Source of the DNA: Candidatus Omnitrophota bacterium
Lineage (GTDB): Bacteria; Omnitrophota; Gorgyraeia; Duberdicusellales; 4484-171
Length of the DNA: 64,000 bases
Direction: 5' to 3'
NCBI GenBank assembly: GCA_021735655.1
Contig: JAIPGM010000009.1
Span: 1-64,000, forward strand
The first letter of the stretch is position 1. The number at the start of each line of letters is the position of its first letter. Positions 46,848 through 57,000 of this stretch are shown here, piece after piece. The translations under genes were made by a program, and so were the position numbers. The notes under the pieces are model-generated. The model had not been told where the DNA came from, did no database searches, and saw only the letters and a program-made list of their open reading frames with translations.

Positions 46848-47446
46848 ATAGCGGTAACTGATTTCTCAGGAATAAGTACATATCTATCGGTTATTGAAAC
46901 TTGGATTTTTTCTAATTGCAAAAGCCGATGAATTGTCTCTTGGTTTGTAAGTGCAAAATCACCATAACCGCAGGATATCCGTTTAGGAATCAACTGTTTA
47001 TTCTCACGTTTAAGTTGCGGTCCAAAATAATCTTGAATCCAGACAAATGAAGCATCAACAGTTTCCGAAGCAACCGCATCAAAAACAACTCCCCGAGTTA
47101 AATCGTTGTCTTTAACATTTGTAATCGCCTTGACTATTTCGGCCCCGGCGGTCGCCCCAATCAAAAGAAGCTCCTGGCAGTCTTCAAAAACCGACCCAAC
47201 AAGGTTGCCTTCAAAAATTACCCCTTCGGAAAGCTCTAATTTTGAAACATGCTTCATCTCAATGGCAATTCGCCGAGCGGCTCCTTTTAGCTGTATAAGC
47301 TGAACTGCCTCTTCAATATAGGCCTTAAGCTCTTTTTCCTGCTCAGAAGATATCTTAGTCACCCCCGGTTGATATCCTAAGCGGGCATATATTTTCTCAA
47401 TTGGTATTTTGACTCCGATTTGATTAAAAAATCTTACCTTATTCAT
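46823..47446 (-). CDS. Stand-alone methionine synthase activation (AdoMet-binding) domain protein
   Basis: It has RISCGYGDFALTNQ...[13 protein letters not shown], resembling the MetH activation-domain pattern PGYGDW...P.KSVSG. Confidence 0.65.
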   Translation of the reverse strand: MNKVRFFNQIGVKIPIEKIYARLGYQPGVTKISSEQEKELKAYIEEAVQLIQLKGAARRIAIEMKHVSKLELSEGVIFEGNLVGSVFEDCQELLLIGATAGAEIVKAITNVKDNDLTRGVVFDAVASETVDASFVWIQDYFGPQLKRENKQLIPKRISCGYGDFALTNQETIHRLLQLEKIQVSITDRYVLIPEKSVTAICGVIQRL

Positions 47447-47468
47447 TATAAAAATTAATCATAGGTTT

Positions 47469-48629
47469 TTAAAAGGCTGCTTTTAATATCCCTAAAACAT
47501 CTAAAGTCTCTAATTTTTTAAATGTCCCAATTGGACCAAAAACCATGGCCTTAGAAACTAATAATGAGAGCTCAGACTCTTTAACTCCTACTTCACGCAA
47601 AGTTTTCGGCATAGCCAAACTATCAAAAAATTCTCGAGTTTTCTTAATTGACTGTTTAGCTAGAGCAAACTTATCTTCCCCCTCTAGGCCCCAAACATTT
47701 ATTGCGTATTCAGCAAACTTATCAACCGTGGTTTCATTTAAAACTGCATTCATCCAAAACGGAACAATTATCGCCAGCCCGACCCCGTGAGTTACATCAT
47801 AAACCGCACTAACCGCATGTTCGATAGCGTGGGTTGACCAATCACCAATTTTACCATAGCTAAGCAATCCGCATAAAGCTAGGCTGCTAGCCCACATAAT
47901 ATTTGCCCGGGCCTGATAGTTTTTTGGTTCATTCATGACTACTGATCCATAATGTAGGCAAGTTTTAAAAATCGCCTCAGCTAATCTATCTTGCAAAAAA
48001 GCTCCTGAGACAGAAGAAAAATACTGCTCGATTACATGAACATAAATATCAACCACTCCGGCTGCAGTCTGCTCCTTAGGTAAGTTAAACATAACCTCAG
48101 GATCTAAAACTGAAAATTTTGGCCGAAGGATATCGCTTCCGGCAGCAAGCTTCTCCTGGGTCTGTTCATTGCTAATTACGCTATAGCCATTCATCTCTGA
48201 ACCGGAAGCCGCTAGAGTCAATACCGTGCCTAGAGCTAAGGCCTGTTTTATTTCTGTCTGCTTTGAGAAAAAATCCCAAGGATCCTGATCGTAAAGCGTA
48301 CCGCAAGCAACCGCTTTTGCACAATCAATGACTGAACCGCCGCCAACGGCTAAAACAAAGCCCAAATTATTCTCACGACAAAGAGCCACCCCCTCCCTAA
48401 CCGTCTTAATCCTCGGATTAGGCCTAACTCCCGATAGCTCTTTATAAAAAATATTATTCGCTTCTAATATTTTTACTATTTTTTGGTAAATACCGTTCTG
48501 CTTAATACTCGAACGACCATAGACTATCAGCACTCGATCGGCATATTTTTTTATCTCCGGACCAAGGCTATCAAGCCGATCCCTACCAAAAAATATTTTC
48601 GTATCAACTAAATAGTTAAAATCTAACAT
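47469..48629 (-). CDS. Iron-containing alcohol dehydrogenase
   Basis: It has the GGGSVIDCAKAVA motif and His-rich metal-site residues. The start was taken at MLDFNYLV. Confidence 0.85.
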   Translation of the reverse strand: MLDFNYLVDTKIFFGRDRLDSLGPEIKKYADRVLIVYGRSSIKQNGIYQKIVKILEANNIFYKELSGVRPNPRIKTVREGVALCRENNLGFVLAVGGGSVIDCAKAVACGTLYDQDPWDFFSKQTEIKQALALGTVLTLAASGSEMNGYSVISNEQTQEKLAAGSDILRPKFSVLDPEVMFNLPKEQTAAGVVDIYVHVIEQYFSSVSGAFLQDRLAEAIFKTCLHYGSVVMNEPKNYQARANIMWASSLALCGLLSYGKIGDWSTHAIEHAVSAVYDVTHGVGLAIIVPFWMNAVLNETTVDKFAEYAINVWGLEGEDKFALAKQSIKKTREFFDSLAMPKTLREVGVKESELSLLVSKAMVFGPIGTFKKLETLDVLGILKAAF

Positions 48630-48630
48630 C

Positions 48631-50247
48631 TTACTGAGGCTTTGGATGCTTTCCAAGCATAAGGTTTGTTTGAACACTTAAAGTAGCTGCAGCTGTTAAA
48701 AAAATTCCCACCGGAACTAAAAAAATTAAGGCGAAAAATTGAGAAATTTGGTTAAAGAAACCCAGCTTAGATTTCTTTCTCGGAAAAACTAAACTAGTCA
48801 AAACGATTGAAATAATAAAGCATGCTGTCATCAAAGCAAAAATTACAAAAGTTATTCTCGGAGCACTGTAATATATTCCGGAATCTGAAAATTCACGACC
48901 TGACAGTAAGGCCGGAAGCCAGCCAATGATAAATATAATAAAAGGCCAAACAGCCGGCAAGATTTGGGCCTCAAGCAACTTAAAGGCACAAATAATTTTT
49001 TTTAGAAACGGCATCCGGCCAATCCTTAAAAGGGCTCGCATCACAATCGGTAGATTCTCTCCGGCATAAGCTAAATTACATTTTTTCTTATAAAGTTCAG
49101 AAACTGAATCCGAAGAATCTCCAGCGATATCCATGGTAATTGGATAAGTAACATACAACGGATTAATGGTGAACGCACCATTAAAATTAATAAAAGCTTT
49201 CCAAAAAAATGATAAATCAGCTGAGATTAAATCGCTTGGCCAAAACTTAAGCTCAAGCAAAGTTGCCAAACTAACACTAAAACTAGAAAAAATAATCAAA
49301 TTGTCAGGATGAACCGCTTCAATTATTTGAAAAAATGAAGCGGCCGCGTTAAGAACCCTTCCTGGGGCCGAAGCTCGCCAAAGAGAAACGTCGTAAGCAG
49401 CAATCGCTTGAAAACAAGCCAGTTGACGACTAGGCAAAACCATAAAACGATAAGTAAGGCAACTGTAGTGGTCCGGATTAACTAAAGCTCCGGGCTCTAG
49501 AGATGAAGTAATCACATTTTCGTGGGCAATTTTCTTTTCTTTGAAGTAGTTAGCTGCCTGGCTAGCAGCCTGGCTAAGGATGGCCCCCTTAAAAGATTTC
49601 CCGGTTTGAGATTCAGCTGAGCAAGCTACGGTTAAAAAATCAAAAAACTTATCGCGATAACGCTCGATGAGACGCCGATTACTCAACTTTGCATTCTCGC
49701 TAACTCCCGGCTCAAAAGCCAAAACCACTACCATCCTTATTGAAGGAAAGTTACCGCCAATTAAGCTAGTAACTGTTTTTGAAATCAAATTCTCTTGATT
49801 ATCACTAACCGGAATTATAATTAAATGATGTATATCATCTAATTGCGGCGCCTTCTGTTTACTTTTCTCTAAAAGACGCATTTCTTTTCTATGAATTAAA
49901 AATGATATGTCTTGCTTAGTTTTAGATGCCGCCTCTAAGTCATTTAACTCTTTCCAATAAGTATAGATACGATTTAAGCCTCTTGCCCGCTCCGGCCAAT
50001 TAGCCTGTGACTCAAGTTCCAAGCGAGAACATCTAAGAACAAAAGATATCGCCATATAAAGAAGACGCAGAAACCAGTAAAAACTAAAAGCGATAGTAAT
50101 AACTGCGGCGATAAGTGGCCTCACAAAGCAAACTACAGTCAGCGCCAAAAGAATAGTCCAACTTATAGCTGCTGGCAAGATTTCAAAAAATCTTTGCAAT
50201 ATTTTATCTAATTTACTTAAATTCTTATATGAAAATTCAAACTCCAT
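48631..50247 (-). CDS. Polytopic membrane protein, possibly a degenerate GT2-like glycosyltransferase
   Basis: It has 2 N-terminal and about 4 C-terminal TM helices. The central region has IIIPVSDNQEN, resembling the GT2 IIPAYNEE block, but no clear DxD or QxxRW. Confidence 0.4.
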   Translation of the reverse strand: MEFEFSYKNLSKLDKILQRFFEILPAAISWTILLALTVVCFVRPLIAAVITIAFSFYWFLRLLYMAISFVLRCSRLELESQANWPERARGLNRIYTYWKELNDLEAASKTKQDISFLIHRKEMRLLEKSKQKAPQLDDIHHLIIIPVSDNQENLISKTVTSLIGGNFPSIRMVVVLAFEPGVSENAKLSNRRLIERYRDKFFDFLTVACSAESQTGKSFKGAILSQAASQAANYFKEKKIAHENVITSSLEPGALVNPDHYSCLTYRFMVLPSRQLACFQAIAAYDVSLWRASAPGRVLNAAASFFQIIEAVHPDNLIIFSSFSVSLATLLELKFWPSDLISADLSFFWKAFINFNGAFTINPLYVTYPITMDIAGDSSDSVSELYKKKCNLAYAGENLPIVMRALLRIGRMPFLKKIICAFKLLEAQILPAVWPFIIFIIGWLPALLSGREFSDSGIYYSAPRITFVIFALMTACFIISIVLTSLVFPRKKSKLGFFNQISQFFALIFLVPVGIFLTAAATLSVQTNLMLGKHPKPQ

Positions 50248-50253
50248 ATCTAT

Positions 50254-51699
50254 TTACCTCTTCTTGCTTAAGTATTCTCGATAAGAAAATGGCCTTTCTC
50301 GATTCAGGTCAATAACTTCAGCGCAACTTAACTTTTTAGTAAGCGCATCCAAATAATATAACTTTCCATTATCCTCCAAATAGTGAACTGAAGAATTAGT
50401 TTTTATTTTAATAATTTGATTAGGAGCAGCCTCCCCCTCAGCTTTAAGCTCAAAAATAAAAACTTCGTCAGCATCAGCTAAAACAATATAAGTTCCCTGA
50501 TAGGCCCAAAAACTCTGAGTAATATCACGACCCTTAGTATAAAACCAGTACCCTTTCGTCGGTGTGGTCTTAACATAGGTAGGATCTACCGCCAATAAAG
50601 GCCGATAATCCATAATTCCAGCCTGCTTCTTCATCCAAAACAATACCCGTTTAGTCTTTCGATGAAACTCAAGCCCCCTAACTCCACTTTCGGTAATACG
50701 ATGCGGCAAATGGTTGCTTAAAAGCTTTCCCTCTTCACCAAGAAAGATAATTAAATCCTCATCTAAAGGTTTAACCTCAAAGAATCCTTTATCTCCAAAA
50801 AGAAATTTACCCAAAATCGGATCATTTATCAAAACCTTTTGATTTCTTCGAGCATAATTAATACGAAAAAGAGTATTAATCTCTTTTAAAACATATATTT
50901 TGTTGTTAAAAAGACCATAGCCACGTAAATTGTCTATATAATCAGCCTCTAACGATTGTTCAATTAAATCTATTTTACTAAGGCTATTGTTCTCAAAAGG
51001 AAAAAAATACCTAGACTGTCCTGGCTCCCAAATAATATGCTCAGGGCTTCCGGTAAAAAAACGACTAATATCTTTAACATTAACATAATCAATATCTTGT
51101 TCGATTAAAAGATACTTTTCTCCATTGAAATTTCTAACCCTAGCAATCACCGTAGAACTTTCCTTAATCTTAAATAGGGAAACTACCTCGTAATTCGCCA
51201 AGGTTGAATCAGAACGCACAAATGATGTTAGAGCTTCTGACTTTGAATCAAAGCTGTAATAATCTCTAAGCTTAGGACCTTTAGCTAAAATAAAAAATCT
51301 ACTTCCGGATAATGGGATCAGCTTTTGAAAAGAATCAGAAGATAGTTCGCGGGTTACCCATCTCTGTGGAATCAATAAAATTTTATCGAAAACAGATGCT
51401 AATTTAGGGAGAGCGGTAATTTTATAATGCCAAGGCTTATAATTTTTTAAGGAAAGTGTGACATCGTATGATCCCGGCAACATGCCAGATAGGGCCGCTG
51501 GAGTTTTCTCGGTAAAACGCCTCCCTTCAACATGAATTGTAGCGCCCGGCGGACTGCTAGAGAGGAAAATAAGACCAGCCAAATCACCCTCGCCCCCTGG
51601 CCTCATAATTCGGCCAAAACTATATAAAAGAAGTAAAGGACAAAGAATAAGATAAGCTGCTATGAAACTAAAAAGGAGTGTTTTTCTTAAATAAAGCAT
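50254..51699 (-). CDS. PEGA-domain protein with an N-terminal membrane anchor
   Basis: It has the PEGA-like segment IHVEGRRFTEKTPAALSGMLPGSYDVTLSLKNYKPW. Confidence 0.6.
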   Translation of the reverse strand: MLYLRKTLLFSFIAAYLILCPLLLLYSFGRIMRPGGEGDLAGLIFLSSSPPGATIHVEGRRFTEKTPAALSGMLPGSYDVTLSLKNYKPWHYKITALPKLASVFDKILLIPQRWVTRELSSDSFQKLIPLSGSRFFILAKGPKLRDYYSFDSKSEALTSFVRSDSTLANYEVVSLFKIKESSTVIARVRNFNGEKYLLIEQDIDYVNVKDISRFFTGSPEHIIWEPGQSRYFFPFENNSLSKIDLIEQSLEADYIDNLRGYGLFNNKIYVLKEINTLFRINYARRNQKVLINDPILGKFLFGDKGFFEVKPLDEDLIIFLGEEGKLLSNHLPHRITESGVRGLEFHRKTKRVLFWMKKQAGIMDYRPLLAVDPTYVKTTPTKGYWFYTKGRDITQSFWAYQGTYIVLADADEVFIFELKAEGEAAPNQIIKIKTNSSVHYLEDNGKLYYLDALTKKLSCAEVIDLNRERPFSYREYLSKKR

Positions 51700-51895
51700 A
51701 ATCTAAACCTAAAATAAGTACCTTATACATTATAACAAAATGTAGAAAAAATGTAAGCCTATTTCCCTTAATAAACATTACGCTATTATCTATCCGCTTT
51801 CTACCTTGCTACTTTTAAAGGCAATCATATTTTATTTACCTCCGATTATTCAATATGGTAATATAAAATCACCTCAATAGAATAAAAATAAGACT

Positions 51896-52175
51896 ATGCA
51901 AATAAATCTGGCTAAATCTTCTGGTTTTTGTTTCGGGGTAAAAGAGCTGTTAGCATTACCCTATCTAGCTCAAAAAAAGTTCAGAAGTTACAAAAAGCCG
52001 CAGTAGTGGTTCAATCAACTCAAAATTTTGAAAAAAAACGCTTAAAACCGTTAAAAAGCTTACTAAATACATTAAAAACCTATGGTTTAAAGGAATAAAA
52101 AAAGTAGGGATTATAGCTGGAGCTTCAACACCTGAATCTACAACTAAGACAATTATTGAAAAAATACCCGCCTAA
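51896..52175 (+). pseudogene. ispH: Relic of ispH/lytB (4-hydroxy-3-methylbut-2-enyl diphosphate reductase), internally deleted
   Basis: The plus-strand ATG at 51896 encodes MQINLAKSSGFCFGVKELLALPYLAQKK, followed by a stop at 52004. In another frame, 52032-52175 encodes ...KGIKKVGIIAGASTPESTTKTIIEKIPA*. Both fragments match IspH termini. The roughly 200 central codons are missing. Confidence 0.6.
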
Positions 52176-52185
52176 ACAAACAAAT

Positions 52186-52761
52186 CTAAGGAATCCTATT
52201 TTTTGCCTTCTTCAATAAAGTATATTCAACATAGCCGCATAAAACTTCCTGCACCTTAGCCGGGGGCGGGACAGCAAAGTAATGAGAAATGACTGCATGA
52301 GCCATCTCATGACCAAGCATGCCAAGAGTTAAGTCTTGATAGGAAATATAGATTGTATTTTTGGAATGAAGATAGAAAGAACGCTCCGGAAAACTAGAAC
52401 CAAAATAACTGCTAAACACTGAGCTCAAAGATGACTGATCCGGAAGAATGCTTATCTTGCCGTGAAAGCTATAAACATGGATATCGAGGATATCGGAAAC
52501 TTCCAAATACAAATCATCCATCGCCTGTGCTATGAGAGAGTAAGAATCATTTTTCTGCTTGCCAAAAAAACTGTCAACATTTCCTAAATAGCTAAAATTT
52601 ATTTTACTTAACAAAGAAACAACATCTAGCTTGCGAGACCCATAAACCGAAAAGTATTTTCCGGTAGCAAGAAGCGAAAGGCTACCCTCTTGAGCTAAAA
52701 CCTTAGGAGTAAATAAAACCCCTAACATGACAATAGACAGTATTAAGCTCTTTTTCATCAA
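52186..52761 (-). CDS. Secreted protein with an HExxH motif (putative small zinc metallopeptidase-like)
   Basis: It has a signal peptide and GHEMAHAV. Confidence 0.5.
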   Translation of the reverse strand: MMKKSLILSIVMLGVLFTPKVLAQEGSLSLLATGKYFSVYGSRKLDVVSLLSKINFSYLGNVDSFFGKQKNDSYSLIAQAMDDLYLEVSDILDIHVYSFHGKISILPDQSSLSSVFSSYFGSSFPERSFYLHSKNTIYISYQDLTLGMLGHEMAHAVISHYFAVPPPAKVQEVLCGYVEYTLLKKAKNRIP

Positions 52762-53327
52762 GTTTTAAAATTATCAAGTTCAACCTGCAAATGATCAAGA
52801 AGAGTTAAAAGTTGATCAGCATCTTTTGCTGCTATATGAAAATTCCTGTCTCTTATAAATTTGCTCAAGGAGTTAAAGCTAGCTTTTAGCCCTAAGTGCT
52901 TATCTTTCAATGACCTACACATAGCATCTAAAGATTTAGCAAACGCCTGCAACTGATCATTGCCGCGAATATGAAAATCTCTTCTAAAATCTGCACGCTG
53001 GAGTAAATCAACCTCACGGCGCAGGCGAAAAAGAGGTCCAGCAATTTGATGAGACACAAGCATTGTTAAAGCAAGAACCCCTAAGCCACTAAAAAATACT
53101 ACTACCGTTAAATTAATAGCAACTATCGGCAAAATAAAATCCGAGGTTCTTTTAACGGTTACTTTTGTGTTTTCAATGGCTACTGTGTTTGAATCACTAG
53201 AAAAAAATAATATTCCTCCTAGAATAAGCAACGATGATAAAACAATAATTGAACCGAATTTCATCATAAATCTTGTCTGAAAATTTTTATCAATAAAGTA
53301 ATTCCTACGTTTAAATTTTTCTGCCAT
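52758..53327 (-). CDS. Two-TM membrane protein with a HAMP-like linker and no output domain
   Basis: It has TM1, a periplasmic loop, TM2, then HQIAGPLFRLRREVDLL (a HAMP signature) and a coiled coil. Confidence 0.5.
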   Translation of the reverse strand: MAEKFKRRNYFIDKNFQTRFMMKFGSIIVLSSLLILGGILFFSSDSNTVAIENTKVTVKRTSDFILPIVAINLTVVVFFSGLGVLALTMLVSHQIAGPLFRLRREVDLLQRADFRRDFHIRGNDQLQAFAKSLDAMCRSLKDKHLGLKASFNSLSKFIRDRNFHIAAKDADQLLTLLDHLQVELDNFKT

Positions 53328-53340
53328 GACTTCCTCCCTT

Positions 53341-53916
53341 TTATTGGTTAGCTTTAAGGTCTAAACCTTCATAATCAATATTAATCTTCACTTTTGTCTT
53401 TAAGGACTCTGCCCACTGGTTTATCGCCTCACGTTGTTTTTCATTCAAAATGACCCATTTTATCTGATCATATACTTGAGCTAGCTCTTTCTCCGGAAAT
53501 TGACTATCTTTATTTTTTTTGTAATATCTACGAATATCCTGGTCATTAACCTGAATACCAACAGCCAGTTCTTTTATCTTTTTTGATAAAGCAAGTTTAA
53601 GTAATGACTGCTCCCAGAAAAGCTGAACGTCTTTTAGAAATTCCGGATCCTTATCCAAACCCAACCTCTCGGCTTCATTAAGAATTAGTTTGCGGGATAT
53701 AAACTGATCTAGGAAATCTCGCTGCGATTCAACATCAGAGCTACGAGATAAGGAAGAGTTTAGAGCTTGTTTAAACTCCTGCTTACTTACTTCAATATTA
53801 CCAATCGTAATTACCGGGTGCTCTTTATCTGCTAAGCCGCAACCAACAACTAATAAAATCATTATAATAACAGGAATTGCTCTGAACATAGAACCTCCTT
53901 TTTTTCCGCTAATCAA
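53341..53916 (-). CDS. SurA-N-terminal-domain-like chaperone lipoprotein
   Basis: It has lipobox VVGC and a helical SurA_N-like pattern. Confidence 0.5.
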   Translation of the reverse strand: MISGKKGGSMFRAIPVIIMILLVVGCGLADKEHPVITIGNIEVSKQEFKQALNSSLSRSSDVESQRDFLDQFISRKLILNEAERLGLDKDPEFLKDVQLFWEQSLLKLALSKKIKELAVGIQVNDQDIRRYYKKNKDSQFPEKELAQVYDQIKWVILNEKQREAINQWAESLKTKVKINIDYEGLDLKANQ

Positions 53917-53952
53917 TCTTTCTTTTATTATACTATTTTATCGGAAGAACTC

Positions 53953-53988
53953 AAAATAAAAAACAGGAAGGTGGATGCCACCTTCCTG
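53953..53988 (-). terminator. Strong Rho-independent terminator after the giant gene
   Basis: An 11-bp perfect stem CAGGAAGGTGG/CCACCTTCCTG with a 3-nt loop is followed on the minus strand by TTTTTTATTTT. Confidence 0.75.
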
Positions 53989-54018
53989 TTAATTAAACTC
54001 TCTATTGTCAAAATCTAC

Positions 54019-57000
54019 TTACAAATCAGTTGCTTTTTTCTTCTTTTTCTCATCATCGTCTTTGCCGCCAAAATAAGGAGCTAGAGTCCCTTTGAGGTTA
54101 ATATTCTGCTCAATGAACTCATAAGCACCACTATCTAGGCTAATACCATCAAAGCCTGACTCATCGGTTACAGTTAACGGATGATAAGCATAAAAATCGG
54201 TGCTTCTAACTGGGGTAACTGTACTAAATCTATAGTTAGCCATCAATTCATAGTAAGTCCTAGAATCACGCAAGATACTTGCTAAAAATTGAGCACCGTC
54301 AAATTCTGGTAAGAAATCTGGCCAAATCTGCTGAGGTCCTAAGTTAGCTGCCGCAGGGCCAAACAAAGGTGAAGCACCTCTGGTGTCGGTATCATCATAA
54401 AAGATGTATCCCGGAGGTGTAACATTGGTTAAGTCAATATCTGGCGATGGAAAAACCCCGGTAACTGCTGTAACCCCAGGTCTAACTATACCTTCAATGG
54501 CTCCGCTTACCCCTAAGGTACCACTAGGACCAGCTAAGGTAAAACCAGGAGCAGCGCCACCTATCTCTAGGGTAAGCCCAGCAACTGGCGTAAAACCAGC
54601 AGGAACTGCCCATTTTGAAGGATCTAAATCCACTGCCTGAATATTTACATTTAAAGGATTATAAAAATTATCTGCATCTACTGGAACTCCTGCGTTACCA
54701 ATTCCAATTGTGCCTTCTGGTGTTGAGAAATAAGAATAACTTCCAGCAATTACGTTTGGCCCAGAAACCGGGTCAACTACGTAATGTGAAAATACATCTA
54801 TTCCACCATCGGTCGACCAAGGAGTACCAGTTAAGTCCATCGGAAGCGCTCTTGCGAAATCATTTACCGTGTCAGGACCAGTTGTTACGTCTGGTTGTAC
54901 TCCGCTAGGATCCCAGCCGGTTCCGGCATAAATCGAGCCAGTGCGGCTTTCTAAATAAACTCCACCGCGCGGTGCGATAACTGAGTTAACTGTCATGTCC
55001 CCACCACTACTAACATTAATTATCCCATTATTAGCAGCAACTGAAAGACCATAAAGAGTGCCTGCGTCCTCAGTCAAGGTACCTAGGGTAATGCTGTCTA
55101 ATTCATTAACGTAGATGTTTCCTACATCCCAAGAGTAAGCACTTAAATAATCAACTGCTGTCATAAATGGCGAAGCACTGGTACCGATATTGTGACGGGC
55201 CAATAACCCGGCAAAATCAGCGCTAACCAGCGAAGTAGCATCACCATAGATATTACCTTCCCAAGCATAGATATCTACTTCTGAGCTGCCTGTACCGCCA
55301 ACTGAAGCTGAAATAGAGCTATTAGCAAGGGTTACATCGCCGTTACCAGAGATTAAAGTTGCTCTGGCATCGCCGTCACCTATCATCTCAGCTGAAACAG
55401 TACTATCAGTAATATTTACACCCAAATTAGCAAATAATTCAACTAAAGCTGTATCACTACCACTTAAAGCTTGAGCTAAAATAGTGCTGCCATTAGTTAC
55501 GTTAATTTCACCATCTTGGGCGGTTACGCCTATTTCGGCATGACCTTCTCCATCTACGTCAGCAGTAATATCACTATTGCTAATATTAACATCGTTAAGG
55601 GTATTAATATCAACAAGGGCTATTCCTTCATTGCCTACTAAAGCTTCCAAGGTTGAATCGGTAATTGTTGTACTATTCCCAGCAACGCTAAGAATAGTTG
55701 CATCACCATCATTGCCAACTGAAGCTATTACTGTACTTTCTATTACCTCTATGTTGCCTTTGTCGGCAGCCAAGTTAACCGTAGCATCGCCATCATTTAC
55801 TACTGATGCAGCAAGTGTACTCGGATCAATGGTTATATCATTTGCGGCAAGAACGTTAATCGTAGCATCGCCATCATTACCAACCAAAGCTTCCAAGGTT
55901 GAATCAGTAATTGTAGTATTGTCGCCAGCTTCTAAGTTAACTGTTGCGTCACCGTCATTACCAACCAAAGCATATCCATAATCAGTGTAGGCTTCAACAT
56001 GACCAGTATCGACCTCGATATCATCTTCAGCTTCGATATTGACAGTGGCTTTGATGTCGCTGTCTTGGATTTCGACTCTTTCATCAGCTTCTAGATTGAT
56101 CTCAGATTTAACCGTACTAGAAGAGATCTTGACATCATCAGCTGATACTATATCGACCTGAGCTTCAATTGTCTCATCAGTTACTTCGATGTTTTCTCCA
56201 GCTTCAATGTCAATTGTTGATTTTACAGTGCTGTCTTGAATTATTAGGTCATTCCACCAGTTGCCTTCTTCAGGATCCCAACCACCGACTACTAGGTCGA
56301 TCTCGGATTTAACGGTGTCAACGTCATCGCCGTTGGTGATCTCAACGTCATCTTCAGCATCGATGTCAACTGTGGCTAATACATTACTGTTAACAATCTC
56401 CATCCTCTCATCAGCCTTAAGCTCGACTTCAGACTCGATATGGCTGTCGATTGACTTTACGTCATCTGAGGACTTAAGAGTTACTTCAGATTCGATGGTC
56501 TCACCAGTTACCTCTATAGTATCCTCAGCAGTTACATCGACTAAGGCCTTAACGGTTGATTCTTCAATTACCAGGTCGCTCCAGTTGCTGTCATTGTCAC
56601 CACTCCAGCCGCCGGCTACCAGATCTATTTCAGCTTTGATAGTTTCACCTTCAGCGTTAGTGATTTCAACGTCATCTTGAGCCTCAATCTCAATAGTAGC
56701 TAAGATATCGCTGCTTTCAATTTGCAGACGGTCTTGAGCTACTAGTTCAAGTTCGGCTTCTATAGTGCTATCAGTTATCTTTACATCGTCTGAAGACTTA
56801 AGAGTTACTTCAGATTCGATGGTCTCATCAGTTACTTCAATCTTGTCATCGGCAGTTACATCTACCAATGATTTAACTGTTGAATCTTCAATTACCAGGT
56901 CGCTCCAGTTGCTGTCATTATCACCACTCCAGCCGCCGGCTACCAGGTCTATTTCAGCTTTAACAGTAGTCTCACCTTCAGTGATCTCAACGTCATCTTC

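Noticed and set aside
652-50000. Other short plus-strand ORFs from the track (652..873, 3200..3388, 5022..5252, 6249..6605, 7314..8200, 8290..9105, 10056..10412, 10998..11183, 11399..11608, 12222..12404, 13979..14164, 14551..15003, 17348..17569, 19115..19324, 20128..20355, 21491..21847, 22710..23181, 27417..27641, 29973..30182, 30534..30794, 31967..32191, 33054..33691, 37684..38232, 39573..39854, 42589..42777, 46599..46799, 47106..47790)
   Set aside because: All are fully embedded antisense in well-supported minus-strand genes. They have no RBS and no recognisable domains.
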